A DNA stretch of 41,982 nt from Octopus sinensis (Eukaryota): contig NW_021835178.1 of the NCBI RefSeq assembly GCF_006345805.1, positions 1 to 41,982 on the forward strand, written 5' to 3'. A program made the translations under genes and the position numbers. The notes under the pieces are model-generated. The model had not been told where the DNA came from, ran no database searches, and was given only the letters and a program-made list of their open reading frames with translations. Below are positions 1-11,686 of this stretch, piece by piece. Within the stretch, counting starts at the first letter, position 1. Every line of letters starts with the position of its first letter.

Positions 1-210
1 CCAGGTACACATTCAGAAATAATAAATTAGATGACAGAGGTGTATCAACCTGACAGAACCGTATGGTAAGGTACAGGAAGTAAAGCAACATGCTCACACA
101 AAAAAAAGGAAGTCAGAAGTTGTTGTTTTCCTTCCCACAATCAACATCATCACTATCACCATGAGCAGTAGCCATGGCTTACAAGAGTTACCTTCTCTTG
201 GCTATCTAAA

Positions 211-225
211 TATAAAGCAGGAAGT
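211..225 (+). promoter_or_regulatory. Candidate core promoter of the N4BP1-like gene (TATA-like box plus ETS-type site)
   Basis: TATAAA at 211-216 followed by CAGGAAGT at 218-225, about 240 bp upstream of ATG 455. Motif and position only; no TSS evidence. Confidence 0.3.
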
Positions 226-454
226 CGGCAGCGACGAAAATAGAAATATCCGTAACTGCCAGTTGTTAACTCAAGTCATTTTTTAAATAAATTTAAAAAA
301 ACATATCCACATTTTTCTCTGAAAAATATTCCATTTCATATTGTTGTAAATTTTCAATGAAATTTTTACGCTAATGTAAATCTTCAGCCAGTATATTTTA
401 CGATTATTGTTTATATTTCTCTAAAAGCACACAATTCCATTGTTGTAAGTGAAA

Positions 455-658
455 ATGGCGCAGAATTTGACCAAGGCAGCCGACTTCATTGTGGAAAATA
501 AACATTTGAATGAAATTGAGAAAAATCGATCTAAAATCGAGAATTATTTCAATATTAAGTTATACGATACGATATCTAATAATAAGGAAAACAAAAACAA
601 GAATTTCAAGTGGATCCGACTTGAAGGTGACGAAGATGAGGACTGTCGAAATGCCAAG
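455..658 (+). CDS. N4BP1: N4BP1/KHNYN-like endoribonuclease, coding exon 1 (first KH-like domain)
   Basis: ATG 455 gives MAQNLTKAADFIVENKHLNEIEKNRSKIENYFNIKL...KWIRLEGDEDEDCRNAK, then donor AAG|GTAAAA (phase 0). Resembles the vertebrate N4BP1 N-terminus as recalled (DEF...SRGRIEGLFGVSL...WLQLCG...SAK|EYIK) and joins in frame to EYILAI of exon 2. Confidence 0.88.
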
Positions 659-1413
659 GTAAAAACACCTTTTCTCTCACGGTATAGATATTTGTTTATC
701 GTATGTTTGTTTATATTTATGTGCAAATCGATTCCAGTCTTTATGTATGTGTTTTTATGTGTATATTTCTATGTGTATATATATTTCTGCGTATACGTTT
801 GTATGTATAAACGATTCTCTCCCTCTCGTTCTCTCTCTCTCTCTCTCTCTGTATATACATGTTTATGTATATATTGTTTTTGTGTGTGTATATAAGTTTA
901 TATATTTACTATGTATGTGCATGTTTATATATTTCTGTGTATGTATGTGTATAGGTATGCTTCAGTGTCTGTGTATGTTTCTGTGAGTGTGTTTGTGAAT
1001 ACTGTATATGTATGTATATATATACACACACACACACGTGTGTGTGTATGGTATACAACACTCCCGCCATGTGGATATCTTCCTGATATACTTGTTCTGT
1101 TAGAAATAGCAGTCAAATGTCCTTTAATTCCCACCGTTCTGTGTTAGAAAAATATGACACGGGCCCCTGTACAGTAAATACAGACGGAATGGTCATTGTT
1201 GGAATGCTCTCAATCATAGGTGTGCTCTGTCAGGGCTCAATCTAGAGTTAAATATCAACATATGCAGGCGAATGGTATAAACATACACATTTATACATAC
1301 ACGTATGTACGTATATCTTTAGATTGTCATTTAATATATATATTATATATATAAATATATTATATATTATATAATATTTATTTATACATATATATTATAT
1401 ATATATATATATA

Positions 1414-1456
<43 letters not shown>

Positions 1457-1640
1457 TATATATATCTATATATATATATATCTTATATTATATATATATT
1501 AGATATATAATATATATATATATATTAATATATATTATATTATTATATTATATATATATTATATATATTATTATATATCTATATATATTATATATATATA
1601 TATATAATATAATATATATATATATTATATTATATATAAT

Positions 1641-1869
1641 ATACCGGAGTAAACAAAAATGTGAAACAAGGTGGAAAAAAGAGTACTCAAATACCAGTGG
1701 TAGAGTAATATGCTTTATTTAAAGCAGCAGAAAATTCAACAAAACCTGTTACTCTGAGTTTCACGTTGCCGTTCATCGGACAGTTTTTGCTAGAAAAAAC
1801 TGTCCGATGAACGGCAACAGGAAACTCAGAGTAACAGGTTTTGTTGAATTTTCTGCTGCTTTAAATAAA

Positions 1870-1870
<1 letters not shown>
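1641..1870. mobile_element. Short foldback element in an (AT)n tract carrying hammerhead motifs (probably Penelope-like-element derived), family H1
   Basis: Near-perfect inverted arms at about 1713-1788 and 1794-1870 plus a unique left tail. Flanked by (AT)n on both sides. Second copy at 36655-36880. Confidence 0.8.
1746..1783 (-). ncRNA. Minimal type I hammerhead ribozyme motif (U4C core variant)
   Basis: Minus strand: CUGU-CCGAUGA-[ACG GCAA CGU]-GAAA-CUCAGAG-UA-ACAG. Stem I CUGU/ACAG, stem II with a GNRA loop, near-palindromic stem III, GUA site. The + strand mirror copy at 1800-1837 has a disrupted stem II. Confidence 0.75.
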
Positions 1871-1918
<48 letters not shown>

Positions 1919-1955
1919 TGAGAAAGTTGGTGTGTGAAAGCACGTGGTTGGATAT

Positions 1956-2241
1956 ATAGTAAATAGTGAAAAAACTACAGAAGGCTTGTTTTATAAGGTT
2001 AAAGAATATATTTAAGTCTTATGTTGGAAGAATGTTATAAATTTTTTCATGCAGTAGGTAAAGAAACTTGAGAAATTTGAAAAGTTAACACGAAACCGGT
2101 AATTTCTTCAAAATCTATGTTACTGTATGAAAAAATTTTATAACATAATGACTCAAATATATTCTTTTATAACATAATGACTCAAATATATTCTTTAACC
2201 TTATAAAACAAGCCTTCTGTAGTTTTTTCACTTTTTACTAT
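1956..2241. mobile_element. Foldback element in an (AT)n tract with a central hammerhead, family H2
   Basis: Imperfect inverted arms at about 1956-2056 and 2121-2241; the right arm has an internal ~30-bp tandem duplication. Flanked by (AT)n. Confidence 0.75.
2071..2107 (+). ncRNA. Minimal type I hammerhead ribozyme motif (U3:A8 variant)
   Basis: AGAAAU-UUGAAAA-[GU UAAC AC]-GAAA-CCGG-UA-AUUUCU. Perfect 6-bp stem I, compensatory U3/A8, palindromic CCGG in place of stem III. Confidence 0.75.
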
Positions 2242-3213
2242 TTTCTATATATATATATATATATATATATTCACAAACTGGTCTAAATTCCTGCGTATAT
2301 ATCTTTGTATACACATGTTTATCTGTTTTTGTTTGCTTGAGTTTAGAGTTTGAATCTGGGTGTTGTTTAGTCCTAGGTCAGATCTGTGGTCAGAGACGCT
2401 CCAGATGTGATCATCCCATGTTTGTGTATATATCAGGAAATAATATCTAATGTTTTAAGACATATGGTCAGGTTTGGGAGAGATTTGTTAGCTGAGGTTC
2501 GCAGTTTCATTTATATCTTTATACTAATATAATAATAATAATAAATATTAATATAATAAGAGTTTTCGCCAACGTAGTGTAAGTGCTCAGTTTGGTTTAC
2601 CACTAAAACTCTGGCTTGAACTGCAATTAAAAAGTGTGGTGTTGAGATTGACTGTCAGAGGTGGCTAGAAGTGGTTTCTCTTTGAGCGGGTGGATATAGA
2701 TTAAAATGGGACGGGAGGTGGGGAAACAAAAAATCAAAACATTTGGGATTGCTCAAAAATATTAGACAAGGAATATAATCAGGTAGTCACAGTTGTTTCT
2801 AGAATAGTCAAGCATGTGGATCGTGATATTCCATGAGCTACGTATACCATCATCAGAGAGGGAGAAGTTAGAAAAATATTAAAAAAAAAAAACATGAAGA
2901 AATATCTTGAATTGAGGACATTAATGCAGTGAAGTTTGTCAAAAAATCAGAGTGAAATGGATGTGTTACGCAGTTCCATGATCAGATAAATTATAAAGTT
3001 GTAGGTAAGGTCCATTAGGAGTTTCAAATGAGAATGTTTGATGGTAACCCATGGCAGGGATCAGTAGAAGTTAGCAGTTCCATTATTGAATAGAGAGTGA
3101 ATTAGGGTTGAGTAAGAATAATGTATTACAATGTGAAGTAAAGACAAAATAGTAGATGCACTAGAGTAGAAGATATATATATGTGTGTGTGTATATATAT
3201 ATATATATATTTA

Positions 3214-3400
3214 ATTAATCCAAACAAGAAAGCACAAAAAAACACAACAACGCGAGGACGTGGAACAAATATAGTATTATTGGACGCTAAGGAAAGAAGG
3301 AACGTTTCGAGCGGAGCTCTTCGTCAGAAACATAGGAGAAGGAAAGATCCAGAGAAGGGAAGACAGAGGGAAAAAAATCGCCAACGGTACACACGCAGTC
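3214..3400 (-). mobile_element. Short microsatellite-adjacent element with hammerhead core, family H3
   Basis: Reverse complement of 32587-32783. Minus strand 3331-3301 reads GUUU-CUGACGA-A-[GAGC UCC GCUC]-GAAA-CGUU. The 3' strand of stem I is deleted in this copy. Confidence 0.75.
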
Positions 3401-3469
3401 ACATTTTGAATGTATATATTCCTTCTTGGGACACAAAACTCCACTTGTGAAGACCTATTGAAGCAAGTA

Positions 3470-3893
3470 AAAATCAAAATCGTAATCTATCAACATCAGT
3501 GAAATTTGTAGCTGTGATACCAGTGCTGGTGGCACGTAAGAGAACCATCCGAACGTGGCCGTAGCCAGCGCTGCCCTGACTGGCTTCCGTGCCGGTGGCA
3601 CGTAAAAGGCACCATCCGACCGTGGCCGTTGCCAGCTTCGTCTGGTCTCTGTGCCGGTGGCACATAAAAAGTACCATCTGATCATGGCCGTTTGCCAGAC
3701 TCGTCTGTGGCACGTAAAAAGCACCCACTACACTCACGGAGTGGTTGGCGTTAGTAAGGGCATCCAGCTGTAGAAACACTGCCAGATCAGACTGGGCCTG
3801 GTGCAGCCTTCTGGCTTCCCAGACCCCAGTTGAACCGTCCAACCCATGCTAGCATGGAAAGCGGACGTTAAACGATGATGATGATGATGATGA
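3470..3893 (+). mobile_element. SINE-like repeat with (GAT)n tail and internal ~55-65-nt tandem units (family C)
   Basis: Shared 3' block ...GGCATCCAGCTGTAGAAACACTGCCAGATC...CGTTAAACGATGATGAT is found in several copies in the window. Confidence 0.8.
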
Positions 3894-4264
3894 TATATAT
3901 ATATATATTTTTCTATGCTTGTCAGTATAGCGAGGGCATGTTTGTCGAAAGAGGTTAGACGATGTATACTCTGACAGAATTTTGTAGTGTTAATGAAAAT
4001 GTATGCTCATTGGGAGTAAAAGAATATAATAATAAAATTTTTAAATGACAAATAAATATAAATGAGACATTTTTTTTTACTAATTTTCAGTAGAGTGAAA
4101 TTATAGGGTCCAAAAATGAAGAAAATATAGTAAGAATAGACAAAGGATGATATATAGTGAAAAAATCTTATAAGTTAAATTAATTACTGTATTTTGACAT
4201 GTATAAGGAACCCTGTTTTGTCAAAAACTAGGTTAAAAAAATATGGGAGTTTCTTATGCATGGA

Positions 4265-4577
4265 TTGACTGGCCTCCGTGCTGGTGGCACATAAAAAGCA
4301 CCATCCGATCGTGGCCGTTGCCAGCCTCGCCTGGCCTCTGTACCGGTGGCACGTAAAAGGCACCATCCGAGCGTGGCCGTTTGCCAGCCTCGTCTGGCAC
4401 ATAAAAAGCACCCACTACACTCATGGAGTGGTTGGCGTTAGGAAGGGCATCCAGCTGTAGAAACACTGCCAGATCTGACTGGCCTGGTGCAGCCTTCGGG
4501 CTTCCCAGACCCCAGTTGAACCAACCAACCCATGCCAGCATGGAAAGCAGACGTTAAACGATGATGATGATGATGAT
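4265..4577 (+). mobile_element. Family C repeat, 5'-truncated
   Basis: Same body and (GAT)n tail as 3470-3893. Confidence 0.8.
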
Positions 4578-5139
4578 GGATAGTATTATAATCCCTTTCA
4601 AAACCCTTTTTCCAAAATTTTAAGCCCCAAAAATGAGGGGTTTCCTTATACATGTTAAAGTACAGTGTATATGTTAATAGCCAGTACTTTCGGCACAAAC
4701 ATCAGCCGAGGAGACTGGATGGAAACTGATGAAGCCAGTGCTTGGATATGTACTGGAGCTGACTATAACCCCATAAGCATTAGAATGGAGGACCTAGTGG
4801 TGTTCATTTAGTGTTTAATTAATTATAATCTAGGGGGGATTCGCTAAATATGAATTAATGGAAAAAATGGGAATCTGTAAAAGAAAAATACAAAAAGGAT
4901 ATGAGGATAATGTGGACGTAGTGAATGTAATTAAGCTCATACGATGTCAAAACTCTGTCATTGGAAATCAGTCGTTGTTTTACCTCAATAAAACTTGGAG
5001 AATTTAAATGATTTAAAATATTTATGGACACATGTAGAGAAAGCGTTGTGCTGCTTGTTTAATTGTGTGGGGTTATGTGGTAGGTTTTGTACAGATTCCT
5101 TCAAACATAACCAACATGGCCATGTTATGGAGGACGTGA

Positions 5140-5370
5140 AGGCGGCGAGCTGGCAGAATCGTTAGCACGCTGGGCGAAATGCTTAGCGTTATTTTGTCTG
5201 CCGTTACGTTCTGAGTTCAAATTCCGCCAAGGTCGACTTTGCCTTTCGTCCTTTTGGGGTCGATAAATTAAGTACCAGTTATGCACTGGGGTCAATGCAA
5301 TCGACTTAATCCCTTTGTCCTTGTTTGCCCTCTCTGTGTTTAGCCCCTTGTGGGTAGTAAAGAAATAGGC
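5140..5370 (+). mobile_element. tRNA-derived SINE (family B) with 13-bp TSD
   Basis: A-box-like TGGCAGAATCG and B-box GAGTTCAAATTCC. TSD ATGGAGGACGTGA at 5127-5139 and 5371-5383. Confidence 0.88.
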
Positions 5371-6159
5371 ATGGAGGACGTGAGCCAATGACAGACCAAG
5401 CTATATTTTTTTTTTCCTAAAGTAAGTGCATATGTTCTGCGAGAGAAGCAGATCTACTGTTTTTCATACTGAAATGAGTTTAAATGCACAGAATATCTTT
5501 GCTTAGAATTAATAGTAGCTCCAATATTTTGGAGTTTTGGAATTTAAGGACCATTCACTTATAAACTACATTAAACTTTGCAACAGGCATTTATTCCAAA
5601 TTTTGGAATTAACTATTGGCTCTAATTTAGTCTAAGAGTTTTTCCAATAAGTGGATTGGAATATGCAAAATAAGAAAGGTTACTATGGTTTAAACTAGTT
5701 CTTCCCAACCATTCTTCACACATTCATTGTTTTTGGCATCATTTATGCAGTTATTCTAGGTATTGGGAATTGAGAGTCAAGACATTCCTGACTTGTGGAT
5801 GAGACTAAGTGATGTACTCTGTGATGTGTTGTGTGTGTTTTTTACTTGCTAAAGTCTGGAGGATGGAGCAGTGTCCGTGACCAGACTTCAGAGGGACAAT
5901 AATATTCTGGGGAGGAAGGACTGGGCATAGCATTGGGTATTGAGCCATGGGTATGTTGGGCAGAAGAAGGAGGATGAGAGGAAGAGAAATGAGTAGGTCA
6001 TGAGTAGCTGAGGGGAAGTGGAAGGGCAGTTGTGAGGGGTGGAGGCCATGCTAATTTGTTGAAAGTTTGTAACCGAGTTTGTGGAGAGACAAAAATCTAG
6101 GATGGCTGATTGGGGACTGTGGCCATACTGGGGTACTTTGAAGGGGTCTAGTTGAACAG

Positions 6160-6500
6160 ATTGTACCTGGGAACTTATTTTTAAGTTTTGGTACTTATTC
6201 TATCAATCTCTTTTGTCAAACTGATAAGTTACAGGGGTGTAAAAAAAACACCTGTTATCAATCAAGAGGGAATACAAACACACACTGACACACATGTATG
6301 TATGTGCACACACAAACACACCCACACACACAAGCAGAACAGACTTCCACATGGTCTCTGTCTATTGAGTTCACTGACAAGACATTGGTCAGCCAGGAGC
6401 TGTAGGAGAAGCCACTTGCTCAAGGTGCCATGCAGTGGTGCTGAACTTGAGACCATGTGGTTGCAAAGTGAGTGGTTCAGCCATAAAGCTATGCTGGCCC
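6160..6500 (-). mobile_element. Older, diverged SINE family A copy
   Basis: Degenerate match (GTACTTATTCTATC...CACTTGCTCAAGGTGCCATGCAGTGG...ACCATGTGGTTG). A similarly decayed + strand copy lies at about 18200-18490. Confidence 0.65.
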
Positions 6501-7084
6501 CAAAATGGCACAGAATTTTGTCTTATCTCTTCATCAGTGCTTCCACCCAACAGTAACAGCAGCAGTAATAGTTAAGCATAACTGGACATAAAGGACATCA
6601 GTGAACATCTTGGGGTTGTTAGGGCTGTATACATATAATCGGGATTCCATGTTGGCCTTCTGATATGTGACCCTTTTATGAATAACAAATTTGGCCTTTA
6701 GCAGTGTAACGTGGCCGCAGTCTGTGCAGGTGAGAACTTTCCCAGATCCTTTATCATGCACAACACCCACTACTTTCCTGGCTTTATGTTTCACTATTTC
6801 ATAGGCAATTTAAATTTTCTCAAACTGCAGGGTATTGTTCCTCAATACAGATCTCCGTTTGCTTCTGCTTCAATGTGTGATGCTCCTAGTAAACATTACT
6901 GATGTTCAAGGACACATGAAGCACTTTTATTGGAACCAAGAACTCATCAGGTCAGAGGACATGACCATCCTATTGGTTATGACACTTGATGAAGTGAACT
7001 TCCATTCTGGGATTGTCCACTGCTTCCAGTATTTTTGTATCACATAAAAGATAAACATTTTAAACATTTCATTTAATCTTTTAT

Positions 7085-7298
7085 TCTTTTAAGTGATTCA
7101 ACTCAAAGATTGTGGCCATGCTGGGGCACAGCCAGTATTGTCACCATTTTCAAAGGCCATTCTTTTGTGATTGGTTTTTGGTGAGGGCAGGAGTTCATTA
7201 TTGCTGCCCACTTCCGATTCTCTTGCTGTGATCTTGGTTCATTTGGGACTGTGGACAGCAAGAGGTCAAGTTGTTTCTTGAAAATATCTACCCCTAAC
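7085..7298 (-). mobile_element. 3' fragment of a CR1-type LINE
   Basis: GVDIFKKQLDLLLSTVPNEP (end of ORF2) followed by the tail GTGCCCCAGCATGGCCAC shared with the LINE at about 20290. Confidence 0.7.
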
Positions 7299-7789
7299 TT
7301 CAGGTTTCTTTTCAGCACTTTCTGAATCCATTGAAGGCCGAGAGTACATTGTACTCATAAGTGTGACAAAATAATTTTTCTTGGGACAATAAGATAGGAT
7401 CATAGAATCCTTTTGAAATCCAAATATTGTGCTGTTGATTTCTCTTTCTTTTCCATTTGTGAAAGCACTTGGAAGTTCAACCATGTTCTTTCTAATTGTT
7501 CCAATTGAAGGAGTTTTCTTTCTTGCTAAGCAGCTTTTGAGCCAATCCTAGACTTGTAAAAAAAATTATCACATGTTACATTGCGACCAGTATTTTCAAG
7601 TTCTTTTACAAGGTCTTCAACAACTCTTGAATCTTGATTTGTCTCGCTCCCTTTTACTGGGAAATTTCCAGTGTAGATTTGCATTTTCCAGGCATAAGAT
7701 GTTTCACTGTCGCATATTGCCCAAATTTTAATTCCATATTTCCCTGGTTTTGAAGGAATATATGCCTGGAATGGACAGTGCCCTCTGAA
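7299..7789 (-). pseudogene. piggyBac (PGBD-like, DDE_Tnp_1_7) transposase remnant
   Basis: Minus strand FRGHCPFQAYIPSKPGKYGIKIWAICDSETSYAWKMQIYTGK, GRNVTCDN, LSYCPKKNYFVTLMSTM, KKPE. Frameshifted. Confidence 0.88.
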
Positions 7790-8340
7790 TGAGATAAAAA
7801 GTTAAACAAACTTAACTGAATGTACAACAGCACTAGATGTCGTTTGTTAGGGGCTTTAAATAACCAACACTATTTCTTCTCATTTAAGGGATTTATATCA
7901 ATTCAACATCTTGTTTGTGCTTGTTGGTGTTGTTATTGTTTAGCCCTCAGTCAGTCTGTCCTAGAGCGACTGTGTGTTGTTGTTTAGGTATAGGTCAGTC
8001 TGTCCTGAATGTCTTAGTAGTCACTATTGTTTAGTCAAAGGTCAGCTCCTTTTGTACATCTAACAGAACACTGCTCTTTGTGGTATTCAGTTGTTGAGAC
8101 AGTAGAATGTGATCTGAGGAAGAATTGGCTGCTGTTTCTAAGCAGGTTAAGTGTGCTCAGAAAGCCACTATAACCGGCTGATGTGTGTGTGTTTGTGTAG
8201 AGCTAACATAAAATAGGTTTCTTCTATAACTGAATGAGTTTTTCTCACATTTACTGCAATATGAGAACTGTAGTTATTATGAAGATGAGCTAATTGATTT
8301 TATTTTTTTAAAATTATTTCCATTAATTGTATAATTTCAG

Positions 8341-9698
8341 GAATATATACTTGCTATCACAGATCCAGCTGAGACAAAATACATGACAGTTGCAAAGGAA
8401 ATACAATCCGTCTCAAACTGGAAATATTATTTGGAAACTATAGAAAAACAGACACGAGCCTATATTGAGTTCTTCCGTGAGAACTTCCTCAAAATTTGTG
8501 GCTCCTCCTTGTCCGTGGCACTTGCTCTCTCGATTCTTGAAGACAAATTAGGGCCATATCAACAGCTGACTTCACCTCAGTTCAAAAGTGGAGATGTTGA
8601 TGAAGCTAAAGGCTTCAGGTCTTCGGCACTGGCCGTAAACCATACTGCCATTGTTAATTCCATAATGAAGAACAACGTCCAATTGCCAGACTTAATTGCC
8701 AGCTCAGGATTTCGGTCGGATAACGATGCCAACTGCAAACTGTCTGATGAACATTTTCTGGAGAATTTGGTGATAAGTAACGGGGCTTCTTCAACCCCTC
8801 CACAATGTGACCCTGTCAGTGGGCAGCTGTTGCTAAATAAACCATTCCTGTCAAGGAAGGAGGCACTCTCTGCAGAACGTTTGGATTTCTTCAGAAATCT
8901 TGCTAAGCAAATTGGCCATGAAGATCCTGATATTCAGGATGCTCTAAAGATTGCTTCCGAAGACACAAAACCATCTGATTTCATCAGGTTGTTGAATAGC
9001 ATCAAAGAGGATCGAGAGATTGCTGAAACTGAAGACTGCGATTGTGAAGAATTCCATGCAACGGAATCTCAATTGAGTGCCAATTCATCACTGCCAGATA
9101 GTTATGTGAAAATGTTACTAAATGACTATGAAGAGGAATCAGAACTGTCTTCTATTGACGAACTGAAAAGGAGAAATCAGGCACGGCAAAGATGTCTGCG
9201 GGAACACACTTTAAATGGTAAAAGCTGCCCCGTGACACCTCCACAACAGCCGCCATTTCCACAGATTGAACATCTGAAAATGAAGAAAACAAAGAAGAAA
9301 ACTTCCAAACAACCAGAGAATTTTGCAAATCCTTCACCAACATACCCCCTCTACCCTCAACCTCCTCCTCTACTTGGCACTGACAGAGACACCCTCCCTT
9401 CCGTTGCTAATCCACAGATTCCTACTCACCAACTTTACCTCAATAGAGATGCCGATAACCAATACACTCCATGCTATAAAGGAACTCCACCAAAAGCTTC
9501 CTCTACCTCAGCTTCTATGGCAAAATCCAAAAATATTCCTGCAGCACAATCAGACAACAGACGGACCGCTTCCAACGTTCAGCAACCGAAACCTTTGATA
9601 GAACGAATTGATACTGGCTCTCCAAACAGTGGAATGTCTCCAGTTGTGAATGACAAACTGCGATATATTGTTGTCGATGGAAGTAATATAGCAATGAC
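8341..9698 (+). CDS. N4BP1: N4BP1-like exon 2 (second KH-like domain, UBA-like domain, low-complexity linker, start of NYN domain)
   Basis: Acceptor ...ATTTCAG|GAA at 8340/8341. A 1358-nt open frame in phase with ORF 8383..9702. Contains ERLDFFRNLAKQIGHEDPDIQDAL (UBA-like/Regnase NTD-like) and LRYIVVDGSNIAMT (first NYN Asp). Donor AC|GTAAGT (phase 2). Confidence 0.93.
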
Positions 9699-10892
9699 GT
9701 AAGTACTTTATTATTTTATTAGTCTGTATTTCTCTGTACTTCTCTTGTAACCACAAACACTTTCATCACCTTCCACACTAATTACTGCACACCTTTCCAC
9801 AGTTTAATTACTTTTGCCCTCGTAATATGAACGTCTCACTTTATTAGTTCAAATCCTGCTTGTCCAGTTTGTCTTGCACCATTTTGGGGTCAATGACATA
9901 AATAACCACCCAGGCTGGTGGAATACAGAATGGTAAGATCATCAAGCTGGATACCTTGTGGTATTTGTTCTGGCTTTTTTCTGTTTAGATCTCACCATGG
10001 CCTTCACAAAGGGTAAATTTATTCTGATGCCTGGTTTAATGTTCCCACCTGGGACCATGTGTGTCTTTAGTAGAGTCCATATTCGTTCTGTTATAAGCAT
10101 TTAGGGTCAAGCCCCAATTTGAAAATCCCTTCCGCCAGTCACTGAGGCCCTATAAAGGATCATGAGCTCTGCCTTCCATCCTGGGGCCATAAACATTCTA
10201 TAATCTTGTTTCCTCCACATTTTACTTATAGAACACAAATACATCTGTATATACATGTATGTGTGAGTGTGTATATGTGCATGTGTGTTTGTTATACCCA
10301 TGTGTATATATACCTTACATGTCAATGTTGCTGGGGGTTGTAAGGATCTGCAAACACTGAACATAATACGAACATTCGGTCTTCAGTCTCCTGTGTTAAC
10401 CCTAATATAGTTCATTTAATTATTTAAACTTATCTCTTTCATCTAATCACCTGGCTTTCAATGAGTCAACAAGGAAGACAGATTCACTGTACAGGTGTTT
10501 AGTGTCTTAGAAATAGCAGCCAAACATCTCTTAATTCACACCTCACTGTCTTAAATAAAGACACACTAAACAATGCAGTGATTGGTATACACTAATACAA
10601 GATGGTTGTGCTTACGACAGCCTTAATCTGGTGTGCCTGGTCAGGACTGACTTAGAGCTAAATAGCTGAGTCAATAATCTGCCCTATATTCTCACCTGTG
10701 CACCCCTCCCCTCCAATTTACTCTGATTACTCTGAAACAATTCTGATCTTTATGTACAGCTTTTATGAAATCAGCAAATTGTCAATGACTGTGTGTCAGC
10801 GACTGAAATAGCAATTTGGTTCATCATTGTTGATTTGTTTTAGGAGAACAGTGTATGTGTATGAGTATGTGTGTGTGTGTGTGTGTATATAT

Positions 10893-11047
10893 ATCATCAT
10901 CATCATCATCATTTAACGTCCGTTTTCCATGCTGGCATGGGTTGGACGGTTTGACTGAGGTCTGGAGAACCAGCAGCTGCACCAGGCTCCAGTCTGATCT
11001 GGCAATGTTTCTACAGCTGGAAGCCCTTCCTAACGCCAACCACTCTG
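10893..11047 (-). mobile_element. Family C repeat, 3' fragment
   Basis: (CAT)n followed by TTAACGTCCGTTTTCCATGCTGGCATGGGTTGGAC...CCTTCCTAACGCCAACCACTC. Confidence 0.8.
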
Positions 11048-11059
11048 AGAATACATATA

Positions 11060-11596
11060 TTAGATTGAGGGAAAAGTTTGTGTGCCGTGTTAATCCATTT
11101 TTTTCTTATATATTTTTGTAGTGTGTGTGTGTTCATTCAGTTCATGTCATGTCCACTGGTGACTCACTGTTGAAAAGTACCCAAGGCTTGTTTGTCAAAA
11201 ACATGATTTGTTTCAACAAGACAATGCAAGGCTGCAGACTGCCAGAAAGACCAGCAACAAGATTGAAGAATTGGACGGTGTGGAAGTTCTGCCGCATTCA
11301 GCCTATAGTCCAGACGTTGCTCCATCTGACTATGGTCTCTTCCGATCAATGCAGCACTTTACGAAAGGTTACCAATTTCAGTCATTCGATGAAGTTGAAG
11401 AAGCCCGTCGAGAATTTTTCGATTCAAAGCCAAAGAATTGGTACTTTGACCAAATCCAAATGCTTGCAGACCGTTGGCAGAAAGTTGTGGGAAATGATGG
11501 TCTTTATTTTGGAGAATAGTTGTTGTTTTTGAATAAATTCTTACATAAAAAAAATCATTATTTTAACATGGTGCACAAACTTTTTCCTCAACCTAG
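11060..11596 (+). mobile_element. Internally deleted mariner element
   Basis: ~33-bp imperfect TIRs (TAGATTGAGGGAAAAGTTTGTG.../...CACAAACTTTTTCCTCAACCTA) with TA flanks. ORF 11208..11519 carries QDNAR...YSPDVAPSDY...RWQKVVGNDGLYF (mariner C-terminus). Confidence 0.9.
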
Positions 11597-11654
11597 TATA
11601 TACATACATGCGTGTATATGTATATATTTATATGTATATATATGTGTGTGTGTG

Positions 11655-11686
<32 letters not shown>

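Noticed and set aside
659-895. C-terminal half of ORF 449..895
   Set aside because: Read-through into intron 1 past the donor at 659; low-complexity TG/TA sequence.
2545-3170. Possible second Penelope-like RT remnant and hammerhead-like CUGAGCA...GAAA on the minus strand
   Set aside because: Only faint motif echoes; stems do not pair convincingly and the 3:8 pair is not complementary.
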